DNA of 64,000 nt from assembly GCA_026936335.1 (NCBI GenBank), contig JAPMXV010000036.1, positions 236,754-300,753 on the forward strand, given 5' to 3'. This DNA is from Mantamonas sphyraenae STR306 (Eukaryota; Protista; CRuMs). The notes beneath the pieces are model-generated. The model made no database searches and was not told the origin of the DNA. It saw only the letters and a program-made list of their open reading frames with translations. The translations under genes were made by a program, and so were the position numbers. This document shows positions 1 through 11,000 of the stretch, one piece after another; within the stretch, counting starts at the first letter, position 1, and every line of letters begins with the position of its first letter.

Positions 1-1220
1 CGACCCGGCCATCAGGTAAGCATTTTTACGGTCCGAAAAGGAGGCGTCGGAGGCCTGCGAAGAATCCCCGCCGGACCCCCGCCCTTCCTGCCTGTCGTAC
101 GGGCTTGGTGTGTGTGTGTGTGTGTGCGTTGGGGTATCATACACACGTGTGCTCACACGCATGGGCGCACACGCGCATGATTCGTCGCCATGTTTGACCT
201 CAAATACCCCCACAGCGTCATTTGCGACGTGCAGAACACTCTCGTCAACAACATGTTCCGATTCTACGCCAACGACGACGTGAAGAGCCGTTACTTGCCA
301 CGCCTGGCCACCGAGAGTGTACGTGCTTGAGAAGAAGGAAGGCGGTGGGGAGAAAGCAACATGGTTGTGTCAACGGTTGCCACTGACACACACACACACA
401 CACACACACACTCGGGATGGGATTCGCTCAGCTGGGTTGCTTCTGCCTGTCCGAGGCCGGCTCAGGCTCGGATGCGTTTGCACTGAAGACGACGGCGACC
501 AAGAAGGGGGACTATTACGAGCTGAACGGTTCCAAGATGTGGATCACCAACAGCGGGGAGGCAGACATCTTCCTGGTGATGGCCAACGTGGATCCGTCGG
601 CAGGATACAAGGGCATCACCACATTTGTGGTGGAGCGTGACATGGGCATTGAAGTCGCCAAGAAGGAGGACAAACTGGGGATCCGTGCAAGCAGCACCTG
701 CACCCTCAACTTTGACGGAGTCAAGGTGCCTGAAGCCAACGTGCTGGGTGAAGTGGGCAAGGGTTACAAGTATGCCATTGAAATCCTGAACGAGGGCCGC
801 ATTGGCATCGGTGCACAGATGGTGGGACTGGCGCAGGGTGTGTTTGATGTCACCATGCCCTACCTGGGTCAACGCACCCAGTTTGGCCAACCGGTGGGCA
901 GCTTCCAGGGCATGCAACACCAGTACGCACAGGTGGCCACCAACATCATGGCCGCAAGGACCATGCTGTACAACGCCGCACGCATGAAGGAGGCTGGCCT
1001 GCCTTTTGTGAAGGAAGCTGCCATGGTCAAGCTCTATGGCTCCCAGGTGGCTGAGCAGGCTGCAAGCAAGTGCATCGAGTGGCTGGGAGGCGTGGGCTTC
1101 ACCAAGGACTTCCCGGCGGAGAAGTTTTACCGCGATGCCAAGATCGGCGCCATCTACGAGGGCACAAGCAACATCCAGCTGCAGACCATTGCCAAGCTCG
1201 TCCAGCAGGAGTACGCTTGA
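1..1220 (+). CDS. ACADSB: Short/branched-chain acyl-CoA dehydrogenase, 5'-partial; exons <1-15, 216-318, 432-1220
   Basis: Spliced reading [16 protein letters not shown]...[28 protein letters not shown]...NGSKMWITN...[12 protein letters not shown]...[18 protein letters not shown]; GT-AG introns 16-215 and 319-431 keep frame. Confidence 0.93.
108..126. repeat. (GT)n microsatellite, intronic
   Basis: Direct read of gtgtgtgtgt run. Confidence 0.9.
386..411. repeat. (CA)n microsatellite, intronic
   Basis: Direct read of acacacac run. Confidence 0.9.
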
Positions 1221-1294
1221 TGGGGGCACACAACACAATTTTTGTGGGAAGTGAGGGAGGGTTCAGAGAGGGCGCGGCAGACTCGCCAAACCGA

Positions 1295-3907
1295 ATGTCG
1301 ACGTCCCAGTTGCTCAATTCCACCCTCAACACCGTCAGCAAAACCTATGGCACTCTACGATCGATTTCAGACTTTTTGACCAGCAGTATGTTGTCTTGTG
1401 TGTGTGTGTGTGTCTTCTCTCTGACAATGCGGCGCCGTGGTTTGCCTGTTTTGTTCCGTCCGTCCTCTGCTCATCCGGCCCCCATACCCCCGGCACCACA
1501 GGCAGCACCCCTGCAAACGACCAAAAGACCCTTACACACCTGCTGCGTCGTTTGGAATGTATTGTGGAGCCGCTGAACCTTTTGATGGCCTGGACAAGCA
1601 CCAAGAACAGTGGTGAGTTGGTGTGTGCGTGGTGGGCGTGCCAAGTGTTGTTCATTTTCCATTGCCCGGCCTCGCTGACACAGCATCCCACCTCCTCTTG
1701 CCTGTGCAGCGGTGTCCAACGTGGTGGTACAAGCCGGCGATGTGGTTGAAGAAGTGCGCAAGTTTGTGCATGACGTAAGTGTGCTCGGCGGGGCCAGGTG
1801 GGGAGGTTGGGCCGGCGTGTTTTCGGCGCCATTTCTTTGCACAAACCGCTGACGTGTCCACACCCTGCCCGCACTCGATGCAGTACTACCAAGGCAAGGT
1901 GAGCGACTGCACAACTCAATGTGACAAGCTCATGAGGGAGCTGGACTTTGTGATCAGTGCCATGGTAGGTGCCAGCCGTGAGGGATTGCTGCAGGGACCG
2001 TTTCCTGACGTTTGATCCGCGAGGACAAACGACGTTGTCGACTCTGACCACACTCACACACCCACCCACACACGCATACAACCCTTGCACAGAGCATGGC
2101 CATCAACCTCATTCGTATGTACGAAGGAAGCGAGCCGCAGGTGGGCTTTGTGGCGCACTCGGGGACGCGAAGCCGCAGGTTTGTGGCGCAGGTTTCGTGG
2201 AGCGCACTGATGCGAGCGTCGGCCATGATTGAATCGTCGCGTAGTGTGCGATGGGCGCAAGTGTGCAAAGTGCGTGCGTCGTTGTATGTGCTTCGTGAGA
2301 CACAGGCGGGGGGCGAGACTTCGCTGGAGCGGCGCAACTGGCAGTTGTTGTTTCCCAAGGCTGTGGCGCGAGTGGTTCGCACCAGTGGCCGAGACAGCCA
2401 GCATGGCAAATACTACTATGAGCTGCAGGTGGTCAAGACGATGAGTGCCAGCAGTGGGGGCGGTGGAAGCGGCAGCAGCGGAGGTGGCAGCGGAGGGGGA
2501 AGCAGTGGCAGCAGCTCGGGTGCCAGTGGAGGTGCCAAATCCATGGAGGGCGACCCAGAGTATGCCAGCTTTGCATTGAATCGCTCCTTTGTGTTGGATG
2601 ACACAGCACGAGACCACTGGGCGCAGGTGTTGGCCACAGTGCAGGCGCCGCAGCGGCGCAGCAACACGACGACGACCGTGACAACCACTCAAGCGGCAGA
2701 CGCAGACGAGCTTGAGCCTGTGGGCGAAAACGCAGTGAGCGATGCATTGGTGTTGGAGACACCGGCAGAGGGGGATGCACAGACAAATGGCAGCGGCAGC
2801 AGCAGCGGTGCAGAGAACAAGCAGGATGGTGAGACGACGGCGACTGCGGCGTCGGCGTCGGCGTCGTCGTCGTGGCAGGGACAGGTGGAAATGGAGGTGA
2901 AGGAGACGGTGGGGGAGGCCAACAGTGCAAGTGGGGCCAAGCCAAGCAGCCAGTTGTTGTACAACGGCTCGTTGAACTGGTGGGCGTGCACGTTGAACGA
3001 CACCATGCTGATGGACAGCACACGCCGTCCGCGTCGCTACGCACTGGTGTTCCATCACGATGACGGCGAGGCACAGACACTGACTGTGAACCAGCGCCAG
3101 TCGAGCATCCGTGAAGTGCAGTTGTACGAGGAGAGCGAGCAGGGAGATCTGCTCAAGTACCGCAGCACTCGTCATCGCTCGTCCTCGTCCATGGGCGGCG
3201 AAGAAGAGCACGAAGACCAGGTCACAGAACACGGGGAACAGGCCGATGAGAAGGATAGTGTTGGAGTGCGGGAGGGAGCCAATGACGAGATTGACAGTGA
3301 CGACGACGACGACAGCGACAACGACAGTGACAGTGACGACGGAACGCCTGTGGCGTCGTCAAGTATGTACAAAACGGGCAAAAAGGAGGACCAATTGTCT
3401 CTGGCGCTCAAGTCGCGCATGCGACGACACCCGTCGAACGATGTGGAGAGTGTGCAGCAGACACAACTGGGCGACGTGGACACCCTGGTGCCCATGGTGC
3501 GTCCTGTGCGTAGACTCAAGGTCAACCAGGTGGATTTGGAGCACATCATCCTTCTGTGTCTGTTTGAAAGCCAGAACGACCGATCCCACCTGGATGCGAG
3601 CGACGAAGAGCTGTGGTGGCATTTCCGCACGTCGCCGCGCCACTCAACCGTCGGCACACACCCTACAGCAGGAGCTGGGCAGCATTCACGCATGCGTAGC
3701 AACAGCAATGGAAGCAGCAGCAGCAGCAGCAGCAGCAGTGGCGGTGGCAGCCGAACGTCGGGCGGTGATTCTGGCAAACCTCCCTCGGGAGCCGCACGCC
3801 AGATCCACCCGGGTCTGGTTGTGCCAGCGTCGCCCGGAGGTGTGGTGCAGGTCACAGATGCTTTGGAAATCAGTGAGGAGTACGCCGGGGGTGCAGGAGC
3901 GCAGTGA
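1295..3907 (+). CDS. Yrb30-like RanGTP-binding protein; exons 1295-1385, 1502-1612, 1710-1774, 1884-1964, 2093-3907
   Basis: Four GT-AG introns join in frame. Motifs MAINLI, VSWSALMRASAMI, ASLYVL, WQLLFPKAVARVVR, YYYELQVVK and LEHIILLCLFESQNDRSHLDASDEELWWHF parallel the fungal Yrb30 consensus as recalled (INLAI, VSPSRLLQAS, SLYML, WKEVxxKARV, YxYxLxI, LExLIRLxxLQ...SHLxxxDExL). Confidence 0.72.
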
Positions 3908-3941
3908 GAGCAAAATCAAACCCAAATCGGACAAAAAAACC

Positions 3942-4890
3942 ATGTCGTCGTCCAAGGAAATGGATAAGTTCATGGGACAAAAAGAGCGGAGGCGATCGTC
4001 GGCCATGAAGGCACAGCTGGGTGACTACCTCAACCTGGCAGAGAACGACAAGGTCGCATCGCTGATGACCAAGAACAAGGACACCCAGGTGCTGTTCAGC
4101 GACGTCATCATCAAGGTCAACAAGCGCAACAAGATGCAGGAGCGCATCTTGCTGGTCACAGAGAACGCCGTGTACAATATCGAGCCCAGTACGTTGCACA
4201 CCTCGCTCGTTTTCAGCCCCCTTTGCCCTGGCCGCTTTTTCACCGCCCGCCGCCGACACTTTGCCTGACCCCACATCTGCCCTGCTGCCCCTTCCACCAC
4301 CCACACAGGCAAGTACAGTGTCAAGCGCAAGATTGCGCTCAAGGACATTGGCCGCATTCAGATGAGCGAGCTGCAGGGTGAGTGCCTCCGCCCGCAAAAG
4401 CCCACAGAGGGCCGCCGTTTTCCCAGAGAAACCGCTCCCCGTGCAAACACACGTGGGGGCATGCAACAGCCTTGCCACGCGCACACGCGCAAGTGCACAT
4501 GAGCCGCGGCCACGTTGCAAGTAATGGTGGCTGGCAACCGGCGCAGAGACGTGCTGAGCGGTGTCACGAGCGCGGCCAGGAATGCCCCAGACTCACACTC
4601 TTTGCTCGTGACGCGCAGACAACTTTTTCACCCTCAACGTACCCAACGAGTACGACTACCTGCTGATCAGCTCCAAGAAGACAGAGATCGTCACCAAGCT
4701 GGTCGACGCCTTCCACACGCTCACTGGCAACCAGCTGGAGGTGCTTTTCGCCAACAGCTTTGACTTTCGCCTCGACAACGACCACGTGCGGGAGATTCAC
4801 TTTGCTGCCGTCGAGGGAGGCATCAGCACGCAGATCTTTGCCAAGGCCAAAACCAAGGCCAAGGCTTCCTCCTCATCATCGTCGTCATGA
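3942..4890 (+). CDS. Stand-alone myosin-I tail homology 1 (TH1, PH-like) domain protein; exons 3942-4188, 4309-4377, 4619-4890
   Basis: KERRRSS...GDYL...VLFSDVIIKVNKRNKMQERILLVTENAVYNI...KRKIALKDI...MSELQDNFFTLNVPNEYDYLLISSKKTEIV matches TH1; two in-frame GT-AG introns. Confidence 0.85.
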
Positions 4891-5007
4891 CAGCGCGGTT
4901 GTCAATTCCACGAATGGACTTCTCCACACAGGACTCATTCAGACCTTCATTCACTGCACTGCATTGTCCTCACCCCCCATCATCTTGCTCTATGACACTG
5001 TCACCAA

Positions 5008-8000
5008 TCAAAGGAACGATCCGCCACCGCTGGTACGGCACGCAGAGCAGCCGAGGCCAAACTCGTTGCCGGCTACAGGGTGGCTAATGTCCAACGGACA
5101 GCCGTCGCCACCGGTGCACGTGGGCCATCGTTCGGCACCACGCTTGGACATTGGATCATCGCCGTCCTCTGTGCGATGACACGGCTCGCAAAAGTGAGTA
5201 GTGCCCCAGCAGAAAAAGACAGCGACGGAGCAGCAGAAGCGACATTTGTACTCCAGAAACTCGGTGCCATGGATTTTGCACTCTTCGTTGAGGCCACTGC
5301 AGGCACCACACAGCAGGATGCTTGGGTCAAAGTTGCGTGGCTGGTTCTGGCCGCACTGTGCCTCGCCGCCAAAGTACGGCTTCTTGCACTGGTAGCACTG
5401 GTAGTACATGTACTTGTGCAGTGCAAACAGATCCGGTCGCTGGTAGTAGTCCATGCCTTCCGTCACAATCTCCTCGTTCTGGTCGTCGCCGTCACGTTTC
5501 AGGCGTGCGAGCGACTTTTTCAGCACAAAGTCGTACAGCCCGCGCACCTCCTTCACCTCTGCCTCCACATGCGGGTGATCAATCCACTTGGTGCACGCAG
5601 GGCACTTGGCATGGCGGTATCCGATGCGCGGACCGTCCCAGCCCAGATCCACCTGAATCTTGATGCAGCTCGCGTGGAACACGTGGCCGCAAGCAAGCTG
5701 GATTGTGGGCGCCTCGCGGAACGTTTCCGACCAGCAGATGGTGCAATAGTCGGAATACTCTTTGCCCACTGCGTCGGCCTCACAGCCTGGTTCCAGGCAA
5801 GGCAGATGCTCCTTCTCGTCGCGCAGGCCGTTGCACCAGTGGCCACAGTCCAGCTTGCACGTGCACACCTGCTCGCCATACTCTTCACAGTCTTCGCACA
5901 CGTTCTTCAGCGCCTCCTCCTCCACGTCAGCGCCTTCTCCTTCGGGCAGCTCGCTCTCGCAGAAGCGACACACGCGTGCGCTGCTCTCTGTCACCTTCTT
6001 GAACTCCGTCTTGGCCTTCATGTTGTCCACGTCCACAAACACCATGAAGCGCACCTGCGACCTGTCCTCCAGGTCGTACACCTTGGCACGCGCAATGTTT
6101 TCGTTGTACTGCACGTTGATGCTGTGCTTGCTCTTCATCAGCTCAAACATGGTCGTCAGCCCCATGCGCACAAGCGCACGCTGTTCGCTCGTGCTCTCAA
6201 TGCGGAAGATGTCTTCTACACCCAGGCTTGGTTCAGACGCAAGGCTGCCGCCGTCTTCGCTGCTGCCGCTGCTGCTGCTGCTGCTGCTGCTGCCTGCGCT
6301 TGTGCCTTCGATCGTTTCCAGTTGTTGCTTCTCCGCAAAGCCGCTGGTTTTGGCCATCTTGCCCAGCGTGAGAATGCTCGCCAGACCCAAAAAGTAGTCG
6401 CGCGGCTGTACGCTGTACGTGTTTGTGTTGAGCAGGTCCTTTTCGTCCTGTGTGAGGCGGCTCGTGTCATCCACCTGCGTGCTGTGAGAACGGATACTCG
6501 AAATGTTGCGCATGCGCGTCATGGCGTCCGCCAGTCGCGTAAAGATCAGTGGCGCCCACTCGTCCGTGTAGAACAGCGTGCGCAAGAGACCTGCCACCTC
6601 GTCGATGATGGACGAGCTCATCGCAGCACGAACCATAAACGTGCCGCTCTTTTCCTCTTGCGACAAATACGCATGCTTGCTCAGCACTGCGCCGCTCTTT
6701 TCGTCGACTGCCTTGACTTCCGCTGACAGGTTGTTGGCCATGCTCATCAGGAAGAAGCTGATCACCTCGCCGTTGGCCGAGTGCGTGCCTGCCTCATGTC
6801 CACCCACGCTTTCGTACAGGTTGTTCATCTTGATCAGATCCACAGCCATGCGCACCGTACCAGGCTTCATCTTGGGCAAGATCCTGCGCAAGATCTGCAG
6901 CAGCGTGCGTGCCACTCGCTCGGACGGGAATACCGAAACAAGCTCCAGCATCGCCTCACACGGCGACACCGTCGCTGCGTATGCCAGGCCAGCCTTGCTA
7001 CCCGTCAGGGTGTGCAACAGGTTCACCAGCTCGTACGCGTACGTGTCGTCCAGACGCAGCCTGTTCTCCATCATTTCCTCCTCGTCGCCAGAATCAAACA
7101 CAGCACTGTCACTCATCACACTCTGCACCTCGCTCATGCTGTTGCCACCGCGCAGATGGTCCCCTCCGACGGCTCCCACAAGCGCACCCGCTCCTCCTGC
7201 CGCCATGCTGCTGCTGCTCCCGCCGCCACCGATCTCTTCGCCCGATTCGTCCACAAACACGTAACCGTCCGGGTTCACCTCGGGCTCTGCCTCAGGTTCC
7301 TCCTCTGCCTTGAGTGTGTTCTCCAGCGACGTTTTCACGTTGTCAAACTGCTCCATCAGCGCCGCCGCCGCTTGGCCCACGTCATCGTTGTACATCTTCA
7401 GCGCCTCACACGCCTCGGCCACCACAAAGCCCAGGTTGTCGTGCAGGTTCACGGCACGCTGGATGCGGTCCTTGGTGGCGCTCTTGGGCACCTGGTCGCC
7501 GTGCCACTCCCGCAACAGAGCCTCGGCGTCCTCCAGCGAGTTGTAGTTGCGGTTCAGTGCAATCTGGATCACGTCGGCGTTGCGATAGCCGCCGTGGGCC
7601 AACAGGCGATCTGTGAACGCCTGCTTTTCCGGCTCCGTCAACACGCCCTGCTGTTCGGCCTCCATCAGTTGCTCGGGGTGGTCAAACAGAACGTTGGATG
7701 CCTTGGCAAGGTCGTCTTGCTCGCGGATCAGTGCGCGCAGACACATGTCTGCAGAGAAGCCCATGGAGGCGAGCTGCATCGCGTTCTCCAGTCTCTGCGA
7801 CGCCTGTTCCATGTCCTTGCTGTTGTTGAACGCTTCCAGGGCGAGCGAGAACTCGAAGCCCGAGTTGGCAAGCAGCGTGACCTTTTCCAACTTGGCCATC
7901 ACTGCGTCGGCGTTGCTCAACGACGCGTCCAGCATGCGGAACACGTGGTCCACAGGTGCCCCTGTCGACTGCGCCAGGCTCAGCGTCGTCTCCAGACGCT

Positions 8001-11000
8001 CACGCGCAAGCGCTGCACCTTCGCCACCGCCCTTTTGGAGCGACACGGCCTTGTGCAGCACCTCGTCGCTGAATCCTGTCTCGTCTGCGCCAAAGTCTTC
8101 GCGCAGCGTGGCAAACAGAGTCTCGTCGTCCTGGTTGGCCTCGTCCGCCTTGCCATCCGCTTGGGTGTCGCTTGTGTCCACTCCATCAGATGCCCCTGCG
8201 TTGTCTCCGTCGCCGTTGGCCTTTTCGGCTGCTGCCTTGGCCGCTGCCTCCTCTTCGGCAAGGATGTCTGTGGTCTTTGCCACGTTCCAGCTCACGCCAT
8301 CCACATCCTCGGTGTCCATGGACGCACTGGTCTGCCACTCGGTGCCGTTGATCATGAAGCGCACATGATAGACGCCCGAGGCCACTCGGCTTGCGTGCAC
8401 CCAGCGGCCTTCCTCTTCGTCCAGCGAAAGGTTGTTCACCGCTTCGTCGTCGTCATCCTCGAGCACCTTCATCAGCACAACGTCCACCTCTTCGGACGCA
8501 GGGTAGTACACGAGGAGGTTGGGCGCGTTGGCCATCTCTTGCATGCGCTGGCGCTGCAGCTCGGCGCGTGTCTGCAACCTGCGCCTCGTCTCACTGTCGT
8601 GCTTGGCAAACTCGGTGCGGTACAGCTTGGCCAATGTGCGCAGTTCGCCCACGAGCAGGTCAAAGATGGTCTGTTGCAACGGCGACAGTCCTGTGCCGCG
8701 TCCACCCTTGCCATTTTCGTCGTTGAACACCATGTTGATGACCCTGTTTTGCAGCGTGCTCATGCGCACAATCAGGTCCTGGTCGCGCGAGTTGTGCAGC
8801 AGCGCACGGTTGTGGCCCAGACCTGCCAGGCGACTGCTTCCGGCTGCCGATCCGCTTGGCAGACGCGAGCTGGCCTTGATTCCACCGTGGGTGGCCGACA
8901 GACACAGTGTGGCCAGGAAGTTGAACGTGTCCAGCGCGCGCGACGACAGCGTATGCTCCACCTGATTCTCCAGCAGTGTGGTGCGTCGTGTCATCAGACG
9001 CACGCCATGGATGGACACCTCCTTCTGAGCAGGCATGCGGATCATGTAGTACGGACCGGGCAGCGGCTCACCCGCGATGGGGCTGCGCAGACGATACCAG
9101 CCTCGGTTGCGGGTCAACTTGGCCGTCACCAACGCATCGCCAACGTCCTCCTTGCAGGTACCAAACGCAAACTCGATTTCAGAGGGCAGGCGCGACGAGC
9201 TGGCTTGCAGCAACACCTGGATTTCGTGCACAGGCGCGTTGTGCTTCAGCTCAAACGCAAGCCAGAAGGGGCCCACACGTGCACGCCACTCTGTGCTAGG
9301 GTCGTCATCAATGATGGCCAGTGCGTCTTCGGCGTTGTGCGACAGCGTGAGGACACTCTTGCCGTGGCGTGTTGCCACCTGGTCCAGAGTCTGACACACG
9401 ACTTGACCCTTGGTGATGATCGATGCGTCAAATGGTGTCGAGGGACGCGTGGCCCCCAAGCTGCTGCCGCTCCTGCTGCTGGGAGATGACGAAGAGGACG
9501 AAGCGCCCGCTTCATCGCCTTCGCCGTCGCCGTCGCCACTGCTGAAGCGGATGCTCTCTGTGGACTCGTCCAAGCTCATGTCCACCTCCTTGTGGACGAC
9601 GTTGGTCACGGTCATGAGACGCCGCACGACAGGCAGCAGCTTGGTTTCCACAATGAGATCCTGGTCGTCGGGCGTCAACGTCATGTTCAACACATCCAAC
9701 AGGGCGTGTCGCACGTGAATGGGACACTCGGCGCGGCGCAGGTCGTGCACAAACGTGCGGAACAGGTCGTGAAACTCTTTGCGCAGGAGCGAGGTCAGTT
9801 CGCGACCGGCTGTCTGCACACCATTCAGGTAGTGTTGCTCGCGCGTGCGACGCCACAGGAATGTTGCCAGCAGATCGGAGCGAGTGGCGTGGTTGTCTGC
9901 GCTCTGCACGAGCAGTTCACGGAACGCGTGGTACCCAAAGGTGCGCTTTTGCGCACGAGTCACGCGTGCCTGCACAACCTCCAACATCTTGACCAGCACG
10001 TCGTGCACGGGTGTGCTCACCTCGTTGGCAAAGGCACTGTGGCTGAGGTCGCCCGGGTAGAAGAAGCGGTTGAGGTCGCGGCTCAGCGCCTCTGACTCTG
10101 CAGACAGCTTCTGTTCCGCCTGCTGCTTGGAGGTAACCATGAAGCGCACGTGGCGTTTGGCCTTGTTCCATGCGCTGAACGCCTTGAACGCCTTTTTCTG
10201 CTCGCGCATTTCCGCTTTGGTCTTTGGTGTCGTGGGCACAGAGCCCGAGGACGCAGGCTGTGGCTCGCCGCTGCTGCCGCTGCTGCCGCTGCTGCCGCCT
10301 CCCTCTTGCAACTCGCCGCCCAGTACCACCTGGTCAACGTCGATGACGGCTTCCACCTCGTCGTCTGTGTCGTCGTCCCACAAAATGTCCGCCTCGTCGT
10401 CCTCCGAGGGCTCGGCCGCAGGCACCTTGGCCGCGGCCGATTCGCCCCAGTCCACAGTCAGGTCAAAGTCGTCGTCCGACTGTGCACCCGAGTCCACAGC
10501 GTTGTCGTCACCGTCGTACGTCACGGGTTCCATGGAATTCTGCTTTCGCATGGTCGGCGCTGAAATGAATCGGCCCAGCTTGACGCCCGTCTTTGCTGCG
10601 TCGCTGCCCTCCTTTCGTCGGATGAACGAGCCGATGCGCGGGTGCGTCAGGAAGCCACCGTCGTCATCCGATTCGTCGCCACTGTCGCCCGAGTCCGACT
10701 CGGTCTCTGCGTCGCCGTCGTCAAGCGTGCGCGCAACATCCTGCTGCACGGCGTCCGTCTGACGTGCGGTGTGTTGTTTAGGCACAGCGGCAGGCGCAAA
10801 GTGCATCAAAAACAGCGCTTTGATGGTCACCTGGCGAACCAGGTCGCGTTGCAACTCTTCCTCGGAGAATGGAAGCGGGTTTTCGTCATCCACCAGCGCC
10901 ATGGCGTTGGCATAGCGCACTCCTGCCACCTTGACCACTGGGGCGCCACTGCTCTCGCCCGTGCTGCTGCTGCTGCTGCTGCTGCTGCTGTCGCTGCTGC

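Noticed and set aside
3111-4268. 385-aa ORF suggesting the TH1 domain has a long N-terminal extension
   Set aside because: The upstream part is an alternative frame of the Yrb30-like gene; an ATG in good context at 3942 fits the TH1 start
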